From an uncultured Myxococcales bacterium (lineage in GTDB: Bacteria; Desulfobacterota; Binatia; UBA1149; CAITLU01): 64,000 nt of DNA. The notes beneath the pieces were generated by a model that was not told the origin of the DNA, made no database searches, and saw nothing but the letters and a program-made list of their open reading frames with translations. The position numbers were made by a program, and so were the translations under genes. This document shows positions 1-9,500 of the stretch, in pieces (position 1 is the stretch's first letter; each line of letters begins with the position of its first letter). The stretch spans positions 12,532 to 76,531 of the forward strand of contig CAYYZO010000005.1 in NCBI GenBank assembly GCA_964476185.1, in the 5' to 3' direction.

Positions 1-1
1 A

Positions 2-892
2 CCCGACGATCCCGCCGCGTGGCGCGCCGCCGGGCCGCTCGAGTTCACGAATCCCGGCCTTCTGCCCGGCGGCGCGGCGTTCAAGCCGTTCGTCGTCCTC
101 GATGCGACGAAGCCGGGAACGGCCGCGCGCTTCGACGGCCGATACGGCCTGCTGCTGGTGACCGACGCCGACGCCAAGGTGGTTCGTCGCGCGTGGTCGA
201 CCTCGCTCGCCGGACCGTGGACGATCGAAGCCGGCGTCCTGATCGGACGCGGCGAGGGCGACGACTTCGACGCGAAGCACGTCGACGCCGTCTCGGCGTT
301 CGTGTTCCCGGAGCGCGGCGAGATCCTCTATTTCTACATGGGCTATCCGCAGAGGGCGCAGCCCGGCCGCGCGAGTCCGCTCGGGTCCGCCCAGGGCGCG
401 GCGATCGAGTGCTGGACGGATGCTCGCGCGCGCGCCGACGCGACTCTCGCGGGCCGCGACCTTCCGCCCGCGACGCTCCGCAAGCTCGGCTGCATCCTGC
501 CGCCTTCGAACGAACCCGGGCACTGGGCGGGCGGATGGGTCGGCGGCCTGCAACTGATTCCCGGGGGACGCCACCGCTGGCTCGGCCTCGTGAACGCGTC
601 GCCAACGGCGCCGCGGGAAGGAGACGATTCGATCTCCCGCGAGGAGCCGCCGCCGAGCCTCGGGGGGTTCGCGGTCTGCGACGAGGAGTTCCCGGTGAGC
701 GGCTGGCGATGGTGCGACTCGCCGATCGAGTGGGCCGACGACGTGCCGGCGTCGGCCCGAGCGGCCGGCGAGGTCGTCAACTTCTGGCGGCACCACGCCG
801 TCGTGCTCGACGACGGTCGCGTCGCGCTCTTCTACAACGCCGGCTCGTACTTCGACGAGAAACTGTTTCTTCGTGTGGCCGGCGGACGCTGA
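2..892 (+). CDS. hypothetical protein, 5' partial (runs off the window start)
   Basis: The frame is open from position 2 with no stop, and the GTG at 158 is internal. Translation (..FKPFVVLDATKPGTAARFDGRYGLLLVTDADAKVV..FYNAGSYFDEKLFL) is not low-complexity and GC3 is high. It may be a beta-propeller or glycosidase-like fold, but I do not recognise a family. Confidence 0.45.
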   Translation, partial: PDDPAAWRAAGPLEFTNPGLLPGGAAFKPFVVLDATKPGTAARFDGRYGLLLVTDADAKVVRRAWSTSLAGPWTIEAGVLIGRGEGDDFDAKHVDAVSAFVFPERGEILYFYMGYPQRAQPGRASPLGSAQGAAIECWTDARARADATLAGRDLPPATLRKLGCILPPSNEPGHWAGGWVGGLQLIPGGRHRWLGLVNASPTAPREGDDSISREEPPPSLGGFAVCDEEFPVSGWRWCDSPIEWADDVPASARAAGEVVNFWRHHAVVLDDGRVALFYNAGSYFDEKLFLRVAGGR

Positions 893-931
893 GGAACGTA
901 CACCGGGGCGGCTGCGCCCGCCCGAGCGACG

Positions 932-2137
932 TCAGCCCTGCGACAACTGCGACAACGCGATCGCCGCGTGCAGCGCCGCGCCGTGCTGGATCACGTCTTC
1001 GTCGATCTTCATCAGGTCGGAGTGCAGCGGCCCGCCGCCGTCGGTCTTCGCGCCGAGGAACGCGAATGCGCCGGGGACCTTCTCGAGCACGTAGGAGAAA
1101 TCCTCGGCGCCCATCACGGGGCTCGGCAGCTCGAGCACGGACAGTCCGACCCGTTCGGCGGTGCGCACGACCAGGTCGACCGGGTCGTCGTGGTTGACCG
1201 TCGGCGGATAGCCGTGGATCAGGCTCACGTCCGCGTGGATCCCGCGCGCCGCCGCCACGCCGTGCGCGACGCGCAGCAGCTGCTCGTGCGCCAGGCCGCG
1301 GCCGCGCGGGCTCAGCGCGCGGATCGTGCCGCCGCACTCGGCGGTCGGGGGCACCACGTTGTTCGTGGTTCCCGCCGTCACCTGCGTCACGCTCATCACG
1401 ATGCGGTCGTCCGGGTTCGTCTCGCGCGCGACCACGTGCGAGAGCCCGTCGACGAACGGACCGATCGCCGGGATCGGGTCGCGGGTGAAGTGCGGCATCG
1501 AAGCGTGCCCGCCCGCGCCCTTGAAGATCACCGAGAACGCGTCGGCCGACGCCATGATCGTTCCCTTGCGGATGCCCACGCGGCCGAGCGGCGTGCTCGG
1601 GTCGACGTGCAGCGCATAGGCCGCGTCGACGCCGACGAGGGCGCCTTCCTCGATCATCATGCGTGCGCCGCCGAATCCTTCCTCGCCGGGCTGGAACAGC
1701 AGGCGCACGGTGCCGGCGAAGGTCCGTCGCCGCGCGGTGAGGATCTCGGCGGCGCCGAGCAGCATCGCGACGTGCGCGTCGTGGCCGCACGCGTGCATGC
1801 AGCCCTCGTTCTTCGAGCGGAACTCGAGGTCGTTGTGCTCGCGAAGCGGCAGCGCGTCCATGTCGGCCCGCAGCGCCACGATGCGCGGCCTGGCGTTCGT
1901 CGGCGCGGTCCCGCGGACCTCGGCGACGACCGAGCTCAGGGAGTCGCCGGTCGCGATCGAATCCACGCCGATCCGGCGCAGCTCCTCGACGATCACGCCC
2001 TGCGTGTGCGGCAACTCGAGGCCGAGTTCCGGGAACGCGTGGATGCGACGTCGGTTGGCGACGAGGCGCGCCTCGAGCGCGGCGGCGTCGCTGCGGAGTT
2101 CGTGGAGGAGATGAAGGTCGGTGCTCTGGACGATCAT
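932..2137 (-). CDS. M20 family amidohydrolase (N-acyl-L-amino-acid amidohydrolase / hippurate hydrolase-like)
   Basis: The C-terminal 401 aa of the artefactual 1027-aa ORF 932..4015 are the real gene. Metal-binding motifs are present (..GCMHACGHDAHVAMLLGAA.., ..LLFQPGEEGFGGARMMIEEG..). The ATG at 2137 (MIVQSTDL) overlaps the upstream gene's stop as ATGA. Confidence 0.85.
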   Translation of the reverse strand: MIVQSTDLHLLHELRSDAAALEARLVANRRRIHAFPELGLELPHTQGVIVEELRRIGVDSIATGDSLSSVVAEVRGTAPTNARPRIVALRADMDALPLREHNDLEFRSKNEGCMHACGHDAHVAMLLGAAEILTARRRTFAGTVRLLFQPGEEGFGGARMMIEEGALVGVDAAYALHVDPSTPLGRVGIRKGTIMASADAFSVIFKGAGGHASMPHFTRDPIPAIGPFVDGLSHVVARETNPDDRIVMSVTQVTAGTTNNVVPPTAECGGTIRALSPRGRGLAHEQLLRVAHGVAAARGIHADVSLIHGYPPTVNHDDPVDLVVRTAERVGLSVLELPSPVMGAEDFSYVLEKVPGAFAFLGAKTDGGGPLHSDLMKIDEDVIQHGAALHAAIALSQLSQG

Positions 2138-2748
2138 GATGGGTTCATTCTCGCGACGAGTCGCTGGACGATGTTTCGGTAGACGGCGCGCTCCTGCGCG
2201 CCGGGAAGCTGGAATCCGCCGTCGAGCACGACGCACGGCACGGCCGAGATGCCGAGTTCGACGGCCTCGTTGTGCTCGGAGTAGACCTCGCGCGAGATCT
2301 CCGGGTCGTCGTAGTCGCGCGCGAAGCGCTCGAGGTCGAGGCCGCACTCGCGCGCGACGAGCGCGATCGTCGCGAGCGAGGTCACGTCGAGGTTGCGGGC
2401 GAAGTACGCGTGCATCAGCGCACGGTGGTAGCGGTCGAACGCCTCCTGGCGCGCGGCCGCCTTGACGGCGACGGCCGGCGGCACCGAGTGCGACGGCGGC
2501 TCCTCGTCGGTGGCCCAGACGCGGAACTCGCCGGAATCCGGCTGCGCGGCCGGCCTCATCCACGACTCCGTGTAGCGACGGAACTTCTCCAGCGGCTTCG
2601 GCTCGGCATGCGGGCGCAGCAGGTAGCTCTTCCACTCGAGCCGCAGCTCGGCGATGTCGGACACGTCTTCCCGGACCTGTTCGAGGCACACGGCCGCGTT
2701 CTGGCACCAGGGTCAAAGGACATCCGACCAGACCTGGAAGTGGATCAC
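2134..2748 (-). CDS. DsbA-like (FrnE/2-hydroxychromene-2-carboxylate isomerase family) thiol-disulfide oxidoreductase with an in-frame TGA at 2713..2715 in the active-site position (candidate selenoprotein, UPWC)
   Basis: ORF track 2134..2691 (185 aa) has a DsbA-like C-terminal region (..GISAVPCVVLDGGFQLPGAQER..) but no CxxC. Extending upstream in frame gives VIHFQVWSDVL-TGA-PWCQNAAVCLEQ.., which matches the family N-terminus xIDxxSDxxCPWC with TGA in place of the first Cys. Candidate starts are GTG 2748 or GTG 2760. The next in-frame stop upstream (2806..2808) is the stop of the upstream PPOX gene. Confidence 0.6.
2682..2698 (-). promoter_or_regulatory. weak candidate bacterial SECIS-like hairpin downstream of the in-frame UGA
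   Basis: On the mRNA, 14 nt after the UGA, lies 5'-CGCGGC[CGUGU]GCCUCG-3'. It has a 5-bp GC stem with one C.U mismatch and an apical loop containing GU. The position fits the range where a bacterial SECIS element would sit, but the structure is short and unvalidated. Confidence 0.25.
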
Positions 2749-2805
2749 GGGCAACGGCACCGGCGGATCGTGGCACCGCCCCCCGGCAACGGCAAGGAAC
2801 GCCGG

Positions 2806-3360
2806 TCAGTCCCTGCGCAGGCGCGCGACCGGCGCAGGCAGGCCGTCGATGCTGACTTCGTTGTTCCGGCGCTGGTACTCGGCGATGCCATCCGGCCCCT
2901 TGCGCTCGGCCCAGCGCGTCAGCGTGTCGCGCTCGCGGGGATTGTCCATGCGCGGCACCGCATACCCGCACGACGTCTGCACGCGCTCGAGGTCGAGCAC
3001 CAGGATCTGCCGCTCGCCCGGATGATCCGCGAAGTGTCGCCGAAGCCCGGCGTACTCCGTGTCCGCCGGCAGCACGGTTCGGCCGCGGCCGTACAGCCGC
3101 AGGATGAGGGCCCTGGCTCCGAAACTGCAGAACAGGATCGTCAGGCGTCCGTTGTCCGCGAGGTGCGCGGACGTTTCGTTGCCGCTGCCGGTCAGGTCGA
3201 GGTACGCGACGGTCTTCGCGTCGAGCACGCGGAACGTGTCGAGCCCCTTCGGCGACACGTTGACGTGACCGCCGGAGGTCGGCGCGGTCGCGACGAAGAA
3301 CACCGGCTGCTGCCGGATGAAGTCGGTCAGCTCGTCCGACAGACGGTCGAAGACTTCCAT
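2806..3360 (-). CDS. pyridoxamine 5'-phosphate oxidase family (FMN-binding split-barrel) protein
   Basis: MEVFDRLSDELTDFIRQQPVFFVATA..GHVNVSPKG.. is typical of PPOX-class proteins. I chose the second ATG (3360) as the start. Confidence 0.75.
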   Translation of the reverse strand: MEVFDRLSDELTDFIRQQPVFFVATAPTSGGHVNVSPKGLDTFRVLDAKTVAYLDLTGSGNETSAHLADNGRLTILFCSFGARALILRLYGRGRTVLPADTEYAGLRRHFADHPGERQILVLDLERVQTSCGYAVPRMDNPRERDTLTRWAERKGPDGIAEYQRRNNEVSIDGLPAPVARLRRD

Positions 3361-3475
3361 GCGCGGCTGATAGCCGGGCCGGCCCCGCAAGACAACGCCG
3401 CCGCGGCGGCTTGACTCCTCCCCGCGCGGCGGCGTTCATGCCTGCCTCCCGGCATCCGCCGGCGGAGACGGACTC

Positions 3476-4285
3476 TTGGGCAGCTTCCGGCAACCGACCG
3501 ATTTTCGCGACGAGTGCGAAGCGCTCCACGGGCTCGTCGCGTCGCGCGGCGACGGCGTGTTCGACGTCCGCACGCAGTTTCGCGGCTGGACGGTCGGCGA
3601 AGTCCTCGTGCACCTGCACGTCTGGAACGTCGGCGCCGATCTCGCGCTGCAGGACCCGGATCGCTTCCTCGGGTTCTATTCGCACTTCCGCGGGGCCGTC
3701 GAGGCAGGGACCAGCCTGCGCCCTCCCGAGAACGCGTGGATCGGGGAGCTTCGCGGCGCCGCCCTGCTCCGCGCCTGGCGCGAGCAGGCGCTCGCGATGG
3801 CGGCGCGGTTCGAAGCGGCCGACCCGCGCGCGCGCGTGCGCTGGGCCGGCCCCGACATGAGCGTGCGCTCGAGCATCACCGCGCGCCTGATGGAGACCTG
3901 GGCCCACGGGCAGGAGGTCCACGATGCGCTCGGCGTCGAACGCGTCGACACCGACCGGATCGGCAACATCGCGACGCTCGGCGTCAACACGTTCGGCTGG
4001 TCCTTCTCGGTGCACGGCCTCGCCGTTCCCGAGCGGGCGCCGCAGGTCCGGCTCACCGCGCCTTCCGGCGCGGCCTGGACGTGGAACGAGTCAAACGACG
4101 ACGACGTCGTCGAAGGCGACGCGACGTCGTTCTGCCAGGTGGTCACGCAGACCCGGAACGTCGCCGACACGCCGTTGCGCGTGCGCGGCGGCGTGGCGAC
4201 GAAGTGGATGTCGATCGCGCAGTGCTTCGCCGGCTCGCCGCAGATGCCGCCGGCGCCGGGCACGCGCCGGCCACAAGCCGCCTGA
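3476..4285 (+). CDS. maleylpyruvate isomerase N-terminal domain / TIGR03084-like (DinB-like) protein
   Basis: 269-aa ORF with motifs ..WTVGEVLVHLHVWN.. and ..LMETWAHGQEVHDALG.. typical of this family. Confidence 0.6.
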   Translation: MGSFRQPTDFRDECEALHGLVASRGDGVFDVRTQFRGWTVGEVLVHLHVWNVGADLALQDPDRFLGFYSHFRGAVEAGTSLRPPENAWIGELRGAALLRAWREQALAMAARFEAADPRARVRWAGPDMSVRSSITARLMETWAHGQEVHDALGVERVDTDRIGNIATLGVNTFGWSFSVHGLAVPERAPQVRLTAPSGAAWTWNESNDDDVVEGDATSFCQVVTQTRNVADTPLRVRGGVATKWMSIAQCFAGSPQMPPAPGTRRPQAA

Positions 4286-4303
4286 GGTTCCCGCCGCGAG
4301 CGG

Positions 4304-5236
4304 TCAGGGCGCGTCGGTGAACGCCTCGCCCTCGGCGATGACCTCGGCCTCGCGCCGTCCGCTCGAACGGACGATCATCGCGATCGACAGCAGCACGACG
4401 GCGCCGCCGGCCACCTGCAGGGCGTGGATCTTCTCGCCGATCAGCAGCCAGGCCGCGCCCGCGCTGATCGCCGGCACCGCCAGCAGCACCATCGACGAGA
4501 CGAACGCCGGCACGTAGCGGTGGGCCCAGTTCGTCAGCACATGCCCGAGCGTGCCCGGCATCAGCGCGAGCCACGCGAGCGTGAGCCAGTCGCCGGGCGT
4601 CGGGTCGCCGAGGTCCTGCCCTGTCGCGAACACCACGGCGAGGATCACGACGCCGGAGACCGTGGTCATCCCGACCACGTAGTCCCACGCGTGCGTGCGT
4701 TCGCGGAAGCGCTTCGAGGCGAGGAAGTACGACGTGAACGCGAACAGGTTCAGGAACGCGAGGGCGTCGCCGACGAAGCTCGAAGGCTCGGCGTGGTCGG
4801 CGCCGATCACCACGAGTGCGGTCCCGGAGAACGCGATCGCCGACCAGACGATCGAGCTCGCGGCGGCCGTCTCGCCGAACAACGGGCCGGAGAAGAGCAG
4901 CACCAGGGCCGGCTGCAGCGAGCCGATGATCGTCACGTCGGTGACGCTCGTCAGCTTGAGGCTCGTGAAGTACAGCGCCTGGTGCAGCGAGAACAGCAGG
5001 CCGCCGACCAGCGACGCCTGCAGCCAGCGGCGGTCGAGCCGCCGGCGCACGCCCGGCAGCAGCAGCGTCAGCAGCATCGGCGGGATCGCGAACCAGAGAC
5101 GGTAGAGCGCCGTGACCAGCCCGCCCGTCGAGACCGCCTTGATCGCGACGGCGCTCAGTCCCCAGAGCAGCGCCGTCGCGACGACCGCCCCCATGCCGAG
5201 GGCGCCGCGGCGATCGTCCGGAACCGGCGGCGACAT
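4304..5236 (-). CDS. EamA/DMT family transporter
   Basis: 310 aa with about 10 predicted TM helices and the two-repeat EamA architecture. Confidence 0.8.
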   Translation of the reverse strand: MSPPVPDDRRGALGMGAVVATALLWGLSAVAIKAVSTGGLVTALYRLWFAIPPMLLTLLLPGVRRRLDRRWLQASLVGGLLFSLHQALYFTSLKLTSVTDVTIIGSLQPALVLLFSGPLFGETAAASSIVWSAIAFSGTALVVIGADHAEPSSFVGDALAFLNLFAFTSYFLASKRFRERTHAWDYVVGMTTVSGVVILAVVFATGQDLGDPTPGDWLTLAWLALMPGTLGHVLTNWAHRYVPAFVSSMVLLAVPAISAGAAWLLIGEKIHALQVAGGAVVLLSIAMIVRSSGRREAEVIAEGEAFTDAP

Positions 5237-5317
5237 GGCGCGGAGTCTAGCGATGCCGCAACCGATTCCGACCGTGCGCGCGCGGGATGTGCGCGGCGGC
5301 CGAAGACGGGGCGCGAT

Positions 5318-5971
5318 TCAGCGCGACCGCAGCAGCGGAACCGACAGCAGCCCGCCGAGCCAGGCCGCCAGCAGGACCGGCGCGTAGTGCGACAGCGCGA
5401 GGTGCCACGAATCGCAGGCCTCGCACGCCATCTGCACGACCAGCGCCGAGCCGAACAGCGCCGCGCTCGCGTTGAACAGCCCGACCGCGAGCGGCTCGAG
5501 CGGCGCCAGCCGGCGCAGGACCGCGATGCCGCCGAGCCAGGCCGGCGTCGCCACGAGGATCGTCGCGCGCGTGCAGCCGAGGCCTTCGACGAGGACGGCC
5601 GAGAGGCCCGACCAGGTGCCGCCCCACGGCGACGTGACCGCGAGCAGGACCGCGAGCGCGACCGGCAGCAGGAACAGCGCGACGCGCACCCGCGCGTCGA
5701 CGACGCGGCCGGGGATCGCGAGCCGCGAGGTCGCCGCGACGCTGAGGACCGCCGCGACGACGAGGATCGCGAGCAGCACGAGGAATACCGGGTCCGAGAA
5801 TCGCTCGACGCCGCGAACGGCCGCGCCGGTCGCGACGGCCGCCGCGAGGATCGCCGCGGCCTGCACGACCAGCACGGTCGCGATCGTGTGCGTGAGCCGC
5901 ACGGGACGCACCGGGGCCAGGTCGCCCACCAGCGACGCGAGGAGATCCGTTTCCGCCTGCTTGTGGTTCAT
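5318..5971 (-). CDS. nrsF: NrsF family anti-sigma factor (DUF1109)
   Basis: 217-aa multi-TM protein directly downstream of an ECF sigma gene, with a 4-bp overlap. Typical NrsF size and topology. Confidence 0.7.
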   Translation of the reverse strand: MNHKQAETDLLASLVGDLAPVRPVRLTHTIATVLVVQAAAILAAAVATGAAVRGVERFSDPVFLVLLAILVVAAVLSVAATSRLAIPGRVVDARVRVALFLLPVALAVLLAVTSPWGGTWSGLSAVLVEGLGCTRATILVATPAWLGGIAVLRRLAPLEPLAVGLFNASAALFGSALVVQMACEACDSWHLALSHYAPVLLAAWLGGLLSVPLLRSR

Positions 5972-6543
5972 CCGTCACTCCCGAGCAGCGCCTGCCGGAG
6001 CGCTCCGTAGGCGCGATGCGCCCTCACCTTCAACGCCGACGGCGTCACGCCCGCGCGGCCGGCGGCCTCCTCGACCGAGAGCCCCTCGAGCTTGAGCATC
6101 GAGAACGCCTCGCGCTGCGCCGCGGGAAGGCGCTCCAGCAACTCGAGGAAGCGGCTCCAGCCGAACGCGGGCTCCTCGGCGGCCTGCTCCGGCCCGTCGT
6201 CGGCGCTGACCTCGAGGTCGCCGCGGCGGCGCCGGCTCCGCAGGTGGTCGATGAAACGGCTGCGCGCGATCGCGTAGAACCACGGCTCGAACGCGCGGCC
6301 GGGCTCGAACGTGTGGCGCACGCGGTGCATCGTCAGCAGCACGTCCTGGCAGACGTCGGCGACGGCTTCCTCGTCGCGCAGCCGCCGCTTCAGGTAGGCG
6401 CGAAGCTGCGGCTCGAGCGCCTCGAGCAGCGTGCGGTAGGCCTGCTGGTCGCCGCCCTGGGCAGCGAGCAGCAGCGCCGCGTAGTCCTCGCCGGTTTTCA
6501 CGTCTGCGGTCTGTGCCTCCCGTCGAACGCCTCGGCGGCCCAA
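5968..6543 (-). CDS. RNA polymerase ECF-type sigma-70 factor
   Basis: Sigma-70 regions 2 and 4 are present (..FEPWFYAIARSRFIDHLR.., ..MLKLEGLSVEEAAGRAGVTPSALKVRAHRA..). The true start may be internal. Confidence 0.8.
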   Translation of the reverse strand: MGRRGVRREAQTADVKTGEDYAALLLAAQGGDQQAYRTLLEALEPQLRAYLKRRLRDEEAVADVCQDVLLTMHRVRHTFEPGRAFEPWFYAIARSRFIDHLRSRRRRGDLEVSADDGPEQAAEEPAFGWSRFLELLERLPAAQREAFSMLKLEGLSVEEAAGRAGVTPSALKVRAHRAYGALRQALLGSDG

Positions 6544-6570
6544 GGGGAAGACGCCGTGCGCACGCCGCGG

Positions 6571-9500
6571 TTACGGCCGGACTTCGCCGCTCCCGCGATT
6601 TTCCGGCCGATGCCCGGCGGCCGCGTCCGTCACGTCCTGCCAGCGCAGACCGTCCGGCCACTCCGGGAAGAACAGCCCGAGCCGCACCGGGCGCGCCGGG
6701 TCGCGCGCCGCGAGCAACTCGCCGTAGCGCGCGAGCTGCCCGAGGTACGGCGCGCAGCGCTCCGCGATCGCGCGGGCGTCCGCCGCCCCGTCGAGCGCGC
6801 CGGTCTTGTAGTCGACGATCCAGCGCGTCCCGCCGTCGACGAACGTGCGGTCGATCTGCGCCGGCGTGAGCACGCGACCGTTCCAGCTCGTCAGTTCCCA
6901 CTCCGAGCGCGCCTCGGCGTGCGCGGCCAGGATCCAGCGGCCGCGCTCGTCCCCGAGCGTCGCCGCGAGCGCGCGCTCGACGCGCGCGGCGGCTTCGTCG
7001 AGCTGGGCCGGCGGCACGCCGCGGCTGCGCAGCACGTGCGCGATCGCCGGCCTCTCCGCCCGGACGCGCTCCTCCGGCCAGGCCCCGACGCCGTCGTTCG
7101 CGATGCGTTCGGCGAACGCGTGGAACGCGATGCCGATGCGCGCGGCGAGGCCGTCGCCGGCGACCGTTTCCGTGTCGATGCGAACCGGCTCGGAGGGCCT
7201 CTCGGTCGCGACCGAGCGGTCCTCGACGCTGCGTGCGGGCGAGAGCGCGAAACCGTCGCGCAGCCGGACGAGCGTGCGCCGCGACGCGGCCGAAGCCGGA
7301 GCGGCCGCCGTGCGCCGTTCCGCCGCGTCGACGGGAAGGCCCGGCTCGAGCGCCGCGAGCAGCGAGCCCTTCGAGGGCGCGCCGTCCTTCGTCAGCCGCC
7401 CGGCGGGAGACGAGAGCACGAGCCGCCGCTCGGCGCGCGTCGCGGCGACGTACAGCAGCCGAAGGCTCTCGTTGGCCTCGCGACCGGACTCGCGGAACGC
7501 GAGGAAGTCGTACTTGTCGCCGTCGGCGTCCTCGCGCCCGCGCGCGGCACGAGGCGCCACGAGCATCAGGCGCCCGGACGTGCCGTCGGTCTCGATCGCG
7601 AGCGGCGGCGCCGAGCCGCGCCCGGATCCGCGCCCGAGCGCCGGCAGCACCACGGTGTCGAACTGCAGGCCCTTGGCCTTGTGCATCGTCATGATCTCGA
7701 CGTCCGCCTCGGCGTCCGAGTCCACCGGCGCCTCGGTCGCGCGCAGCCGCCGCGCGAGGTCGTCGAGGTCGATCGCCGCGCCGGCCGGCCGGCTCGAGAG
7801 CACGTCGAAGAACGACTCGGCCTCGAGCGCCGCCAGCGCGGGGGCGCCGGCCGGGCCGCCGAGCCGGAGCCACGCCGAGCGCACCGCGATGTCGAGGCTG
7901 CGCAGCGCGAGGTCGCGCGCAGCGGCGCCGGTCACTTCGAGGAGCCGTGCGATGCGACGACGGGCGTCCCCGCTCGTGCGCGCGAGCGCCGTTTCGTCGG
8001 CGAGCAGCAGCGGTATCGGCGTCGTGCGTCGAGACGAGCCGGCTGACGCGACGTCCGGCTCGACGAGCGCGGCGATGTCGGCGAGCGCGAGGCCGACCAG
8101 GCGCGAGCGCAGCAGCGCGAGCCAGGCCAGGCGGTCGCCCGGGTGCACGAGCGCGCGCGTGAGCGCCTCGAGCTCGACCACCGACGGACGGTCCGCGAGC
8201 CAGTCGAGGCCGGGGGCGCGCAAGCGAAGGTCGGGATGCGCGGCCTCGAGCGCCCGCAGCAGCGGCAGCGCGTGGTTGCGCGAGCGCACGAGCACGGCGA
8301 CCGGCACGCGGCCGCGCCTCGGCGGCCGCTCGCCGTCCCTCTGCGCGCGCACCTCCGCGGCGATGAGGTCGGCGAGCCCGGCCGCCTCGATCGCGTCCGC
8401 GTCGGCGGCCTTCTCGCCGCCGGGACCCGACGTCCACAGCACGAACTCCACGTCGGGACCGGCGCCGGCCTTCGGCCCGGCCGACGCCGGCGCGAACGCG
8501 ACCAGCGATCGCGTCGCGTCGTCGCGATCGCCGAGCAGGATCGGGAAGACGCGGCCCACCCAGTCCACCACCGTCGTCGTCGAGCGGAAGTTCACCGACA
8601 GCGCCAGCGACTCGAGCACGCAGTTCTCGACGAAACCCGCGGAGGATCGCGCGGCCAGGAACAGCCCGACCTCCGCCTTGCGGAAGCGGTAGATCGACTG
8701 CATCGGGTCGCCGACGAGGAACAGCGTCCGGCCGTCGCCCTGCTGCCAGCCCGACGTCAGGCCGCGCAGCAGCTCGCACTGCATCACGTTCGTGTCCTGG
8801 AACTCGTCGACGAGGATGTGCTCGAGGCGGGCGTCGAGCTTCTCGAGCGTCTCGCCGGGCGCGAGCGCGGCGACCGCGCCGATGCCGATCTCGCCGTAAT
8901 CGACCTCGCGGCGCTCGCGGAACACGTGCCAGAGCTCGCCGAGGCAGTGGCGGAGCACCGCGAAGAACGCCGAGAGCGCGGCGCGGCCGTCGGCCGAGAA
9001 CGTCGTCGACGTCGGCAGCAGCGCGCCGTGGCGAAGGCGACCGGTCCAGCGCGCTGCGCCGTCGCCGGGAAGGTCCGCGATGTCCTCGAGGAGGTCGCCG
9101 AGCATCGTCTTCACGCGCTCGTCGCCGGCGTGGACGTCCGCGTTCGCGGTGCGCCTCGTGCGAAGCCGCTTGCCGTCGTCCTTGCCGAGCAGCGCGGCGG
9201 CCTGCTTCCACGCCGGCGCGGAGTCCGCGCCGCCGCCGAGCCGGTGCCGGTCGCCGAGCGTCGGCCACGCGCACGGCCCCTCGACGACATCGCGGCTCGC
9301 GCGCGCGAGTGCGTGGACGCGATCGACCAGCGACGGCTCGGCCCCGTCGGCGATCGTCGCGACCTCGGCGGCCACCGCGCCTTCGAGCGCCGATTCGAGG
9401 CGCGCCACGCGGTCGTCCGTGTCCTCGTGCCGACCGATCGCTCCCTCGCGCCACTGCTCGCGGCGCGCGAGCATGTCGACGAGCTGGTCCTCGAGACGGT

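Noticed and set aside
892-932. GC hairpin GGGCGG-ctgcgc-CCGCCC between convergent genes
   Set aside because: A 6-bp stem with no U-tract on either strand, so not a convincing intrinsic terminator. Such GC hairpins arise by chance at this GC content.
19-1197. 392-aa plus-strand ORF at the window start
   Set aside because: Arg-rich low-complexity translation in a different frame from the plausible 2..892 gene, and it overlaps the M20 gene's 3' end.
2701-2780. TGGCAC motifs (2702, 2771) that resemble the -24 element of sigma-54 promoters
   Set aside because: Neither is followed by the TTGC -12 element at the correct spacing. Both lie inside coding sequence on the wrong strand.
932-4015. 1027-aa minus-strand ORF
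   Set aside because: Only the C-terminal 401 aa (932..2137) form a recognisable M20 amidohydrolase. The upstream 626 aa are R/A/G/P-rich junk in a frame that overlaps the real DsbA-like and PPOX genes. This is an open-frame artefact of 72% GC.
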